64,000 nucleotides of DNA, taken from Octopus vulgaris. Lineage: Eukaryota. Under the pieces are notes generated by a model, which was given only the letters and a program-made list of their open reading frames with translations, ran no database searches and was not told where the DNA came from. Below are positions 31,911 to 44,909 of this stretch, in pieces. Location: the NCBI GenBank assembly GCA_951406725.2, contig OX597814.1, positions 19,592,001-19,656,000 of the forward strand, written 5' to 3'. Numbering within the stretch: the stretch's first letter is position 1; each line of letters starts with the position of its first letter. Position numbers and translations under genes: made by a program.

Positions 31911-32338
31911 GTATATGTATATACACGTACATAAAAACATACATGCACACATGCGTCTATATATATAAGTATACATAATAATGTAGGATCAATCAATCGA
32001 TCGCGTTACAAAAAGTTGTTTAGTATCTTGCATAAACAAAGCTAATATAGAAAAACACAAATAAGTCAATACAAAACTTCCAAGCGTCATTTAATTTAAT
32101 GATTTTTTTCTTCTTTTTTTCCTTTTTGTCTGTCTTCCCTATTTCACTCTATTAGGTTTATTGCTAACATTATCTTTTGTTAGTAATAACCGTTCCGTTC
32201 TTGTAGTCTGGCTTCCCCAATATGATGCCTGACGAAAAGCAGAACCATATATGGGAACTATTAATGAAATTAGAATTTTCTGTGGCCGTACCATGAATTT
32301 GATTCTATAGACAACTAGCAGTATCGTCCACACTATAT

Positions 32339-32603
32339 AGGCGCAGGAGTGGCTGTTTGGTAAGTAGCTTGCTAACCAACCACATGGTTCCGGGTTCAGT
32401 CCCACTGCGTGGCATCTTGGGCAAGTGTCTTCTGCTATAGCCCCGGTTACGTCCCCGACCAATGCCTTGTGAGTGGATTTGGTAGACGGAAACTGAAAGA
32501 AGCCTGTCGTATATATGTATATATATATATATATAAGTGTGTGTGAATATGTTTGTGTGTCTGTGTTTGTTCTCCTAGCATTGCTTGACAACCGATGCTG
32601 GTG
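32339..32603 (+). mobile_element. 3'-truncated SINE family A
   Basis: Consensus head and body, ending at accgatgctggtgt. Confidence 0.88.
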
Positions 32604-32708
32604 TAAAGTTTCATCAGAATCGGTTGAAAGCCGTGGTCAGCGTGAGGGTACAACCTAACAGACACACAGAAACACACACAGACAAACTGCCGTTTATATA
32701 TAGAGAGA
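32604..32708 (-). mobile_element. Helitron-like 5' terminus fragment
   Basis: Reverse complement tctctctatatataaacggcagtttgtctgtgtgtg, like the other Helitron 5' ends in this window. Confidence 0.6.
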
Positions 32709-33133
32709 TGAAAATATCTTGAAACCACACTATATTCTATTTCCCCCTAGACATTCTGCATGTAGGACTCGTGACTGGCACCTTACCAATCCTACTTTCC
32801 ACTGTCCTGTTTGATTCTTGAAATGTGCATCTTTTACTTAGTCCGTATTGTTTTTTTGTTTTTTTTTGCATAATACCTTATGGCAAATAGCTTCCAAAAG
32901 AACAGCGGACGCACCCGCTGAGAAAGGACAACGGAGAGTCATGTAACATTCGTAATGTTACATAATATGCGCCCAGTGCCGCTCCTTTTAAAACCACTGT
33001 GGTGCTTCACTACTTCTTCCATTCCTTTCAGTTAGAGATTGTATGTATACTTACACACACACATGTATATATATACACACACACACATGTGTATGTGTGT
33101 GTGTGTGTGTGTGTGTGTAAGTATACATACATT

Positions 33134-33326
33134 CACCATGATAGATCGCTGGCCACTACACACATTTTTTCTCTCCTTGTTTCTTTCTGTGTTCCTTGTT
33201 GTGGAAGAGCGTAGGCTCGAAACGTTAAAGACTTTTTCAATTCTCGAACGTTAAACTGATACATCCGCTTGTTGTCTACACCACCTGTCTTTGTCTTTTG
33301 TTTGTTTGTTTTTTTGTTAATTCTCC

Positions 33327-33328
<2 letters not shown>
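33134..33328 (+). mobile_element. CUGUNGA-family hammerhead-like element copy (motif 33195-33230); 3' end abuts (AT)n
   Basis: TTGTGGA-a-gagc-gtag-gctc-GAAA-cg-tt-aaag. Confidence 0.68.
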
Positions 33329-33403
<75 letters not shown>

Positions 33404-33764
33404 CATACATAAATACACACACACACATACATACATACATATATATATATATAAGTACGTTGAACCGCATAACATTACTTAAGTTTCGCATGTACACTAT
33501 TTTTCGGAGAGCAGTATCGTATCGTGTACGTTTGTGATGCGATTATTTATTTTATCCAAGAGGTTTTTGAGGCCTAACAAATTCATTGGCTGACACAGGT
33601 AATATGAATCACCCATATAGGTAATAACTATCAAATGAAAAGAAACTTTAGTCTTTCGGTGAAGCAACTTCGCTGACATGATATCGGAGTTGCGCAAACT
33701 TTACCGGAATTATCATAATTACTTAGCAAGTTATATTTAGAAAACGAATTGCTAAATTATATGC

Positions 33765-33937
33765 ACAAGCATGGCTGTATGACTAAGAAGCTGGTTTTGC
33801 AAAAGCGTAGTTTCGTGTTCAGTACTACTCACTCTGCTGCAGCTTTGGTAAGTGTCTTCTAGTGAAGACCCGGGTCTTTTGACCAACGCCTTCTGAGTGC
33901 ATTTAGTGAATGGAAACTGTGTAAAAGCCAGCGTGAG

Positions 33938-33968
<31 letters not shown>

Positions 33969-34184
33969 TTTTTTTTTTACTTGTTTCAGTCATTTGACTG
34001 CGGCCATGCTGGAGCACCGCCTTTAGTCGAGCAAATCGACCCCGGGACTTATTCTTTGTAAGCCCAGTACTTATTCTATCGGTCTCTTTTGCCGAACTGC
34101 TAAGTGACGTGGACGTAAACACACCAGCATCGGTTGTCAAGCAATGCTAGGAGGACAAACACAGACACACAAACATATACACAC

Positions 34185-34250
<66 letters not shown>

Positions 34251-34675
34251 GACAGGCTTCTTTCAGTTTCCGTCTACCAAATCCACTCACAAGGCTTTGG
34301 TCGGCCCGGGGCTATAGCAGAAGACACTTGCCCAAGGTGCCACGCATGGGACTGAACCCAGAACCATGTGGTTGGTTAGCAAGCTACTTACCACACAGCC
34401 ATATATATATGTGTGTTTGTGTGTGTGTGTATATATACATGCATACTATATTCCTATGTGTGCGTGTGTGTGTCTTTGTATCGGTGTTTGTCGTCCCGCT
34501 ATTGCTTGACAACCGATGTTTGCTTGTTTAAGTCGCCGTAACTTAGTGTAGCATTAGAAACGTTTGATATATGTACGAGATTTTAAACATTAATACTAGG
34601 GTCGATTTGTTTGAATAATCTTTCAAGGCGGTAACCCAGCGCAGCCGCAGTCCAATGACTTAAAAGAGTAAAGGA
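33765..34675 (+). mobile_element. Old SINE family A with a younger antisense family A copy (33976-34401) inserted in its internal microsatellite
   Basis: Diverged head 33765-33945 and diverged tail 34460-34675 flank a near-consensus minus-strand copy. Confidence 0.8.
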
Positions 34676-35460
34676 TAGAATTAGTTTTTGCATGTCTTCA
34701 TTGAAATGTTTTTGAACGTAAGTTTTCTGGTTTTACCTGAATCTCATGTTACTCATACATAATTTTCTTGGAGCATGAAGTGTGCCGTTACTTAGCTTAC
34801 TGGTTTATATTTCGAGAAAATTCTTTGTATCGATTATTATGTATCTCCATTTATCGGCTGTTGGTTGTAGGTCTTGATAGTTTGCATTAGGCTTTGCTTC
34901 ATTGGAAGAATATACTCGAAGAAAGCGAGCTTAAATTTCTTTGAATGTAGACATGAGAAGGTTTCACTTCTCGTTTCCAAGAGACAGGTTATTAGAATCA
35001 AAGTCTTAAAGTTTTCAGATGCTAATAGATAACAACGACTTTCAAGACACACGCCTTGGCCTTTGCTACAATAATCCATTTTATCTTAGAGTTGTTCTCT
35101 ACTTCGATTCTTCGTTTAAAAGTGGTACTTAAACACTTATACAACGTCATTCGACTTCTGTCGGAGAAAGACATTTATAGTTCAAACTATTGAGTAATTT
35201 TTTTTTCTGTTCTCAATAAACGACGGATATAGTCGAATATATAAACCTATTAGAAATCCTGTTCAGATTGTATATTCTAGAACGAAACCAAAACTGTCAG
35301 ATATAATTGAGTCCCAGTCTTTGGTGTCTAACTTTTTGGATATCAGAATATATACATATGAATGAGAATGCTTTTGCGCATATATACCAGGTTGCATCCA
35401 TATACCTATACACATATATATATGCATATATATCTATATCTATCTATATGTGTGTGTACA

Positions 35461-35498
<38 letters not shown>

Positions 35499-35679
35499 CA
35501 CATGTATATACATGTATGTATATACATATATATACATACATATATATATACATACATATATATACACACATATATATACATACATATATATACATACACA
35601 TGTATATACATGTATATACATGTATGATTTACATATGTGTGTGTACGTGTATATATATATATAGATAGATAGATATATG

Positions 35680-35710
<31 letters not shown>

Positions 35711-36058
35711 TTTGTGTATGTATATAAATATACAGGTGTATAAAAGAATTTGTCTTTAGAAGCGAGTATATGTGCATGTATGTGTGTATGAATGGTCTGT
35801 GTGTTTTCAATGGTTGCGTTAGCGCGATAACATTGGTTGAATAGAAAACTGCGGTCAACAAACACATTAAGTGACCATATATTTCGCACATAACCAGAAA
35901 ATAAAGAAATAGAATTCATTCATGGCAAAACCAAAGCGACAAAGACAAAAATTAGAGACTACAAACAAGATAATATCACATTTTCTATATAATGGGAAAA
36001 AAATACCCCCACTCACACAACACACGCATACGCATAAACATATATACATGTGTGCATG

Positions 36059-36107
<49 letters not shown>

Positions 36108-36119
36108 ATATACACACAC

Positions 36120-36182
<63 letters not shown>

Positions 36183-36589
36183 GCTTTGGGATTTACGACT
36201 AAATACCATCTCAGACTGAAAACCTGCAACAGTTTTATCTTTTGGAGTGGAGATAATGATGTTTCACCACATGCCTAACAAAAGAAGAAAACCTCGACAA
36301 CAATAACAACAACAATAACACAGAAACATTATAGGAACAGACGCAGCACAAAATACAAAATGGATGCCATTGTCAAGAAATTGCTTTCTTTTATAAGTAG
36401 TTGTATTTAGATGTGTGTTTTATGATTGTTTTTTATTGTTGATTTTTTCTTTTGTCGTACTTGTTTTCATGGAATTTTAAAATTCGTTTTTTTTTTATAT
36501 TTATATTTTGTATTTTTTTATATCTTTTATATTTTTCTACTAGGTTTTTTATCACTTTCTTTCCTTCCGATCTTTAAGTATTTATGTGT

Positions 36590-37240
36590 GTTCCAAACCA
36601 TATGGTTCCGGGTTCAGTCCCAATGCGTGGCACCTTGGGCAATTGTCTTCTGCTCTAGTTTCGGGCCGACCAAAGCTTTGTGAGTGGATTTGGTAGACGG
36701 AAACTGAAAGAAGCCCGTCGTATATATGTATATATATATATGTGTATGTTTGTATGTTGTGTTTGCCCCCCCTCCCCCAACATCGCTTGACAACCGAGGC
36801 TGGTGTGTTTATGTCCCCGTAACTTAGCGGTTCGGCAAAAGAGACCGATAGAATAAGTACTAGGCTTACAAATAATAAGGTACCGGGTTCAGTCCCATAG
36901 CGCAGCTGCTTCTGTAAATGTTTTTTTTATAGCTTCGAGCCGGCCAAAGCCTTGTGAGTGGATTTGGTAAACGGAAACTGAATTAAGCCCATCTTTTACG
37001 TATGTATATATCTGTGTGCGTGTGTGTATGTGTGTGTGTTCGGATATGTGTTTGTCCCCGACCAGCGTTTGTAGGTTTGTTTACGTCCCCGTAACATAGC
37101 AGTTCGGTAAAAGCGACGGATAGTATAAATTCCAGGCTTAGAAAAATATGTACTGATGTCGATTTGTTCTACTTAACCCTTCAAGGGGGCGCCTAGCATT
37201 GCCGCAGTCTAAGTCGCTGAAAAAAGCAGAAGTTAAACGA
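36590..37240 (+). mobile_element. Two tandem, 5'-truncated SINE family A copies
   Basis: The body sequence occurs twice (36590-36878, 36880-37240). Confidence 0.85.
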
Positions 37241-37462
37241 TAAAAAATACATACATACATACATACAAACATACATACAAACATAGATACAAACATACAT
37301 ACATACATTCATACATACATACATACATACATACCTACATACATACATACATACAAACATATACATACATACATACATACATACATACAAACATACATAC
37401 AAACATACATACAAACATACATACATACATACATAAATACATACATACATACATACATACAT

Positions 37463-37493
<31 letters not shown>

Positions 37494-37904
37494 TACATAC
37501 ATACATACATACATACATACATACATACATACATACATACATACATACATACATTGTGGTTGCTTTCTCGCATATGAGCAAAGCCAGTGCTAGAAAGAAT
37601 CATTGATAATGCAATGTGAGGCCCTTATATGACTCTTGAGTCCTGCCCCAAATTTCCACATTTCTTGCATAATGCACAGTTGTACTGGGTGGTAGAAGGA
37701 ACAGGTACCACAGTAAGAAGTCTTTTGACATGTCTTTAATCCTTCAACTAAACGGCACACCTTTCCACATACATACATATTTACATACATATAAGTATGT
37801 GCGTGTGTGTTTGTGTGTGTGTGTGTGAGTGTGTGAGTGTGTGTGTAAGATTTAACCGAAATTACGTAAAATGTAAATAGGTACAATAATAAATGTAGGT
37901 ATGT

Positions 37905-38040
37905 ATTCCGCGAGGTCGACTTTGCCTTTCATCCTTTCGGAAGTCGATAAATAAAGTACCATTTGCGTACTGGGGTCGATCTAATGGACTGGCTGCCTCC
38001 CCAAAAATTTCAGGCTTGTGTCTAGAGTAGAAAAGAATAA
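37905..38040 (+). mobile_element. SINE family C, 3' part
   Basis: gaggtcgactttgcctttcatcctttcggaagtcgataaataaagtacc. Confidence 0.8.
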
Positions 38041-38372
38041 ATGTAGGTATGTGTTTCTAAATATTTATTCCATGATCAGAAAAATATAATGAACGATATA
38101 ACTGGAGTTTCAAAACCTCAAAAACGTACTTCTCAGAGTCTACGCGCACAACTGATTTACATTAGAAGCCGTCGAAGTATGATAGCGATAGCAAATTGAA
38201 ATTTCTAATTAGCAGAGTATTAAAGCTGTAGATCACAAGTAATAGAATAAAATACTAAACTGTGCATTAAACAGCCATGATTTTAGATAAACGCATACAA
38301 GTACATAAGCAGTACAATAATTAACCGAAGATGAGTATTGGGTGAATAAAAACGCCGATAAATATTAATGTA

Positions 38373-38628
38373 TTTCTTTATAGATGCATGCATGGGTGTG
38401 TGTTTAAGAAAATCGCTTTGCAACTACGCGGTTTCAGTTTCAGTCTCGCAACGGTGTACCTTAAGCGTGTCTTCTATAATAGCCCAGGGTCGACCAATGC
38501 TTTCTTTATAGATGCATGCATGGGTGTGTGTTTAAGAAAATCGCTTTGCAACTACGCGGTTTCGGTTTCAGTCCCGCAACGGTGTACCTTAAGCGTGTCT
38601 TCTATAAGAGCCCAGGGTCGACCAATGC
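38373..38628 (+). repeat. 128-bp tandem duplication of a diverged SINE A head
   Basis: Units 38373-38500 and 38501-38628 are nearly identical. Confidence 0.92.
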
Positions 38629-39011
38629 TTTGCGAGTAAATTTGATGGAAGGAAACTGTGGAAGTCCGTCGTATATGTGTGTGTATGTATGTGTGTTCTC
38701 TTCTTTTTTAATAATTTGAATTCATTGTCTGAGGAAGGGGCTGTTTTCTAACAAACATTCAAAACTCCGTTACTGGAATGTAGATAACGAAAACAATGTA
38801 ACGTTTTAAAACTGTTGAACAAATCGACTCCAATATTTATTTTTTAAAAGTCTGGTAAACTTATTCTATCAAATTTTTTATTGCCGAAACGTTGGGATCT
38901 GGGCTACGTTAACAAGCCAACACTGGTCATCAAGCGGTGGCGTGACAACCACAAACACACACACATGCATATGAATATGTGTGTATCAGTGTGCGTGTGT
39001 ATGTATATATA

Positions 39012-39275
39012 TATTGATAAAAATGGCAAGACAACAAAAGAATGAAAGAAGAATTTTTCTGTAAATGTGACAATTATTCGGTAGCCATGATAAAACTCCG
39101 AGTTTCGGATGCCGAGGTGGAAATCGACGCCGCCATCTCTTCAGTTACCTGGCCATCGGATAGCATTTTTCTGAGGGCCAGATACCTGAAGAGATGGCGG
39201 TGTAGATTTCCACTTCGGCATCCGAAACTCGGAGTTTTATCATTGCTACCGAATAATTGTCACATATTATATTTA
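39012..39275. mobile_element. Foldback element with ~90-bp inverted arms (39065-39154, 39176-39265), each with an outward-facing hammerhead motif
   Basis: Plus: gatac-CTGAAGA(39186)-gatg..catc-c-GAAA-ctcggag-TT-ttatc; minus: ggtaa-CTGAAGA-gatg..catc-c-GAAA-ctcggag-TT-ttatc. Confidence 0.8.
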
Positions 39276-39311
39276 CAGATATATATATATAGATATATAG
39301 ATATATAGATA

Positions 39312-39369
<58 letters not shown>

Positions 39370-39481
39370 ATCGAGCTACCACATAATTTCCGTCTACCGT
39401 ATTCACGAGGTTACAAAGTGATCTTTGACCCACACAGCCATGCCGGCGCCCGTTTGCAAAACACGGATACTCTCACTCCCT

Positions 39482-39674
39482 TATACTCTTTTACTTGGTT
39501 CCGTCATATGACTGCAGCCATGCTGGAGCACCGCCTTTTGGTCGAGGAAATCGACCTCAGGACTTATTCTTTCTAAGCCTAGTACTTATTCTATCGGGCA
39601 CTTTTGCCGAACCGCTAATTACGGTATCGTAAACACACCAGCATCGGTTGTCAAGTGATGTTGTTGGGAACAAA

Positions 39675-39738
<64 letters not shown>

Positions 39739-39739
39739 C

Positions 39740-39819
<80 letters not shown>

Positions 39820-39934
39820 TACGACGGGCTTCTTTCAGTTTCTGTCTACCAAATCCACTCACAAGGCTTTGGTCGACCCAAGACTATAGTAGAAGACATT
39901 TGCCCAAGGTGCCACGCAGTAGGACTGAACCCGA
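39482..39934 (-). mobile_element. SINE family A, 5'-truncated
   Basis: Reverse complement of consensus. Confidence 0.9.
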
Positions 39935-41304
39935 ACTTCTTGAAAGCCCTTCGGTAAAAGGGTGCCGTCTGATAAATAGCGGCTCAGATCTAGGCAGGAG
40001 GAGTTGTGTGCACACCATCATCGTAAATCATCTGAAATCAGGGTAACTGATGTCCTTTTAGCGTTTCTTCTCGGGTAGTCGCAAGATGGTGGCTTCTCAA
40101 AGCAGGGACACAATACAATAAATGATATGATCCTAGATACACTATGACTGAAAAGAAAATAAAGAAAAAAGATGAGATGGTCACGACTGGTATGCTTTGA
40201 TCATAAGGTCTTGGGGATCAGAATTTATCCCAAGGTCATCAACAACAACAACAACGACAACAACAAAAGGACACAGGAGAAGTAGAAATGGGGGAAATTG
40301 ATGGGAAAGCAACAAGATTAGCAGTAGCAGCAGCAACAACAACAACAACAACAAGAACAACAGTAGTAGTAGTAGTAGTAGTAATAGTAGTAGTAAACAT
40401 GTTAGTAGTATTTGTGGTGGTGATGGCAGTGATGCTGTTGGTGCTAGCGATTGTAGTAATATATGTGTGTGTGCGTGAGTGCGCGCGTGTGTGTGTGTGT
40501 GTGTGTGCGTGAGTGTGTGTGTGTGTGTGCGCGCGTGTGAGTGTGTTGATAGGTTCTTACCATAAGGATGTGACTAAAAATAACAAAGTCAAAACAAAAA
40601 TACGAAGCCATGTTGTTTGTTATTCCAACTCTCAGTGTTGCACTGTCTTTCTCCCCCCCTCTCTTCCCGCACATATGCTCTCCCTCTCTCTCTCTCATTT
40701 CCTCCTCCTCCTCCTCCTCCTCCTCTCTCTCTCTCTCTCACTCTCTCTGCCTCCATCTTTATTATATCTCTTTCATTTCTCTCTCAAAACTCATTCGCCG
40801 AAATCTTTCTTCTTTACCGAAGAGAACCGCTCACTGAAAAATTACCATTTAAAATAAACACAGAAAATAAATTCGGGATCACATTACCTTCTTGATCCCT
40901 TCTGTTTTTTGTTTTTTTGTTATTTTTTCCTTGACCCCCACTTCTACTCTGTCATTCTATCTTTTTCTTTTTTCACTTTTATATATAAATTTTTTATCTT
41001 CCAACAACTGCTAACATCAACAGTATGCTCCGTCACTTCCTTTTCCTCTTCATCCGCCTCTTCATCATCATCATCATCATCATCATCAATATTATCACTA
41101 AACACAGTAACAAACACCACTTAGAACAACATCTACGTCAATCACCTGGGACTTTCCTAAACCCTTTAAATCTCCATCACGTTCCCCCATCACTACTACT
41201 AATTAACCAGTGCGAGGGAATATAAATTGTCCAGGAGCAACAAAGTATCCTCCGAACTTGGTCGCTCGATTTATTAGAAATAACAGCTAGATAACCTCAA
41301 ATTG

Positions 41305-41459
41305 CAGGCTGTGTGGTAAGTAGCTGTTAACCAACCACATGGTTCCGGGTTCAGTCCAACTGCGTGGCATCTTGGGCAAGTGTCTTCTGCTATAGCCCCG
41401 GGCCAACCAATGCCCTGTGAGTGGATTTGGTAGATGGAAACTGAAAGAAGCCTGTCGTA

Positions 41460-41512
<53 letters not shown>

Positions 41513-41730
41513 TTGTGTTTGCGTGTCTGTGTTTGTCCCCCTAGCATTGCTTGACAACCGATGCTGGTGTGTTTACGTCCCCGTCACTTAGCGGTTCGGC
41601 AAAAGAGACCGATAGAATAAGTACTGGGCTTACAAAGAATAAGTCCCGGGGTCGATTTGCTCGACTAAAGGTGGTGCTCCAGCATGACCGCAGTCAAATG
41701 ACTGAAACAAGTAAAAGAGAGTAAAGAGAG
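41305..41730 (+). mobile_element. Near full-length SINE family A
   Basis: Consensus body and gtaaaagagagtaaagagag tail. Confidence 0.92.
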
Positions 41731-42151
41731 TATCGTCTTTGAAACTAATTTGTCGGATAATGTGATCTTGGATTTTTTTTTTTTATCAAGGAGTAAAAAG
41801 ATAAGAGGTTCACGGCTGGAATAGTTTATTATAAATCTTTTCTATCATAACTGATCTGGGACAAAATAGCAACATTTACCGCAGAAAAAGAAAAGGAAGA
41901 GGAAAGTTTGGAGAGACGGGAGATAAGAGTTATGTCTCATTGGCCGGTTAGAAGGGAAATTAACAATGGTTTCCGACGAAGAAAAGAAAGAGTTTGTAAA
42001 ATCACTCTCTCCAAATTTGGTGTGGGTGGTGTTCTCCAATGTTATCGTAGAAACTTGTCGAGATGCTTATATTTCGTGAAAATTTCCGATCAGCAGGTAG
42101 GAAGAGCTCTTAGATGTAAAAGAGATATGATACCTTTCGGTTATATAAGAC

Positions 42152-42285
42152 CTCTTCTTCTTCTTCTTCTTCTTCTTCTTCTTCTTCTTCTTCTTCTTCT
42201 TCTTCTTCTTCTTCTTCTTCTTCTTCTTCTTCTTCTTCTTCTTCTTCTTCTTCTTCTTCTTCTCCTCCTCCTTCTTCTTACTACA

Positions 42286-42348
<63 letters not shown>

Positions 42349-42350
42349 GC
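42152..42350. repeat. (CTT)n followed by (CTA)n microsatellite
   Basis: Direct reading. Confidence 0.97.
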
Positions 42351-42504
42351 TGCTGTTCTTCTCACTCCTACTCCTCCTTGACCCATTAATGTATGGTGTA
42401 GATCGCTTATCGCTGCTCTACTTGATGGTGCGTGGGATATTTTTGTCGTCCATGTCCCAGATGTGGCCAGCTAATTTTGTGATTTGGTCTGCGTGTCGGA
42501 AAGA

Positions 42505-43020
42505 TTAGCAAAGTAGATATCAAAATCACAGTAACCACTAACCTCCCTAAAGTTGATTTCTTAGATGCTTCTCTGGACCTAAATCTATACTCTTACTAGC
42601 CCTAGCATAAACCTCATGAAAATCTTGCGTATATACATAAACAATAAAGTTACCCTCCAATCACCTTTAAAATTCTTATAGCCAACATTAGTTAATAAGA
42701 TACCTAATCTCTCCTCATCTAAGGAATTATTCAATAAGACAACTCCCTACTATAATATTGTTCAACAGTGGCTTCAAAGAGAAGACAAATGGCAATCTGA
42801 CCATTAAAAGAACGAAGCCTAAGCATAGACTTAGAAAGATCATATGGTTCACTCTCTTCATTTCTTTTCGAATGTTAAGACAAACGTAGGTAGAAAATTC
42901 CTAGCATTGATAGATAAGCATTTCTCACAATTCCGTACGTATAAGAAAACTTTTAACAGGCGTTCTATGAAAGCTTCTAACTACAGTTGCCTCAAACTGA
43001 TAAATATTATTAGACGTAAT
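42505..43020 (+). pseudogene. Penelope-like element RT thumb/linker remnant
   Basis: IKITVTTNLPKVDFLDASLDLNLYSY*P*HKPHENLAYIHKQ*SYPP...SSSKELFNKTTPYYN...RKIIWF..FSNVKTNVGRKFLALIDKHF..KTFNRRSMK, matching the PLE pattern VNFLDVTL..PYxKP..YxHxxSxHP..WFNPP..TNxGxxFLxLIDKHF. Confidence 0.8.
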
Positions 43021-43169
43021 TCATACCAGGCTCCTACTCGAAAATGTATCTTCAGAAACCCAATATATATTTTCGCTTCATTTTCTTTATTTGACAGCCG
43101 CGTATTCAATTGAGCTAACCAGATCGAATAGGCAAATATATGGGATATTGTAGTAGAGAAATGTGTTAT

Positions 43170-43312
43170 CGAATATTTCTGGGTTATTAAAATAGATGGC
43201 TGCCTTATTGAAAATGTTCTTAGATGAAGAGAAATTGAATATCTTATTACTAATGTCGTCTATAAAGCTTTTAAAGACGTTAGTGGGGTGGCAAGACTGT
43301 TTATATATACGT
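43170..43312 (-). pseudogene. Second, inverted Penelope-like RT fragment
   Basis: IYKQSCHPTNVFKSFIDDISNKIFNFSSSKNIFNKAAIYFNN, homologous to 42630-42760. Confidence 0.7.
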
Positions 43313-43931
43313 AAAGCATTGATTGGACGGTGCAATAGTAGAAGACACTTACCCAGGGTGCCACACAATAGGACTGAACCCCGAAACTACACGGTTGCTA
43401 AACGAACACCGTAACTGCACTGTCATGTCTGCACTACCAAATGTGTGTATCTGTGTGTGTGCGCGCGAGCGTGTGTGTGTGTGTAAAGACATGATGGACA
43501 TGCCTGGCATGTCTTTGATCATAGATCACCTCAATTATGTTTGACCTGGGCCTATACAACAACAATTAAATATGAATGAAACATCTCCCTCAGATTATTG
43601 CTTTTGTCTTGTTTTGTCGGTATTTTCGGCTCTTCATTTGTCGTTGATTTTTGTTGCTGTTGATTTTTTTTTTTTTTTACTTTTCTTATAGTAGCTTTTC
43701 TTTTTTTTTTTTTTTTTTTGATGCGGAGTTTCTGCTATGCATGACTGAACCGACTTGCTGCATTTCATTTGATGAAGCAGTTGACTGACAAGCTTTCTTT
43801 ACAGTCGATTGATCCTCGACTTTTACTAAAGTCACTTTTGTACTCTCAACGGAGTTTGTCCCTCTTCATGTTGGTGTTGTTTCGCTTTTGCTGTTGATTT
43901 GATCGTCTTGCTAATATTACTGGAGTTTTTT

Positions 43932-44031
43932 NNNNNNNNNNNNNNNNNNNNNNNNNNNNNNNNNNNNNNNNNNNNNNNNNNNNNNNNNNNNNNNNNNNNN
44001 NNNNNNNNNNNNNNNNNNNNNNNNNNNNNNN
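43932..44031. other. Assembly gap (100 N)
   Basis: Run of n. Confidence 1.
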
Positions 44032-44175
44032 ACCTGCCTTCTTTGGTCGTGGAAATGAAGGGCTCTTTTATTATAACGACTGCTGCATCGTCTCAGGGTC
44101 GTGCCCGTAGAACCAACTCTCGCCACCGGTGATGATCCTCGACATGAAAGATGGGTCATAAGAAGCACACTGATG

Positions 44176-44229
44176 GACGGGGGATCACTCGGCTCATCAG
44201 TCGATGAAGAGTACGGCTGTCCGCTTGAA
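44176..44229 (+). pseudogene. 5.8S rRNA 5' fragment (retro-copied), followed by poly(A) and a SINE C head
   Basis: GACGGGGGATCACTCGGCTC-atca-GTCGATGAAGAG versus the conserved metazoan 5.8S start GCGGTGGATCACTCGGCTCGTGCGTCGATGAAGA. Confidence 0.7.
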
Positions 44230-44759
44230 AAAAAAAAGGCAGCGAGCTGGCAGAAACGTTAGCACGCCAGGCGTAGATATAAAGGGAGAAGTCTAGACGT
44301 CAGGGTAGAAGTTGAGTAGCAATCGGAAGAGTAGTAGTGTAGAGTTGAGTAATAGAACTCATCCGAACGTGCGACATAACAGAAAGTCTGCTACAGAGAC
44401 ATTGAGCACACTTCAGCAAACTTACGGCGACGAGGCAAAGGATCGTACGCAATGTTTCGAGTGGCACGTGCGCTTTAAAAGCGGAAGAGCATCCCTGGAT
44501 GACGATGAGTGATTTGAATGACCTGCCAGAAGCGTCACCCCCCAGAGATGTGGAGAATATTCATCAGCTTGTGAATAAGGATCGTCGATGGACAATCAAC
44601 GACATAGCTAATATTGTTGGTCAGTTGTGTGGGTCCGTGCAGGCAATCCTAACGTCTGAATTAAACATGTGGCGTTCAAAGTTTGTCCCCCGCCTGCTGA
44701 CCACTGAGCAAAAATAACATCGCATCGAAATCTGTCAAGATCATCAGTGTGCTTCTTAT

Positions 44760-44909
44760 TTCTTATTTCTTTATTGCCCACAAGGGGCTAAACATAGAGG
44801 GGACAAACAAGTACAGACAAACAGATTAGGTCGATTACATCGACTCCAGTACTTAATTTATCGACCCCGAAAGGATGAAAGGCAAAGTCGACCTCGGTGG
44901 AATTTGAAC
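44760..44909 (-). mobile_element. SINE family C body and tail, whose head lies on the plus strand at 44238-44274
   Basis: Matches 6050-6196 but stops at ggaatttgaac. Confidence 0.85.
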
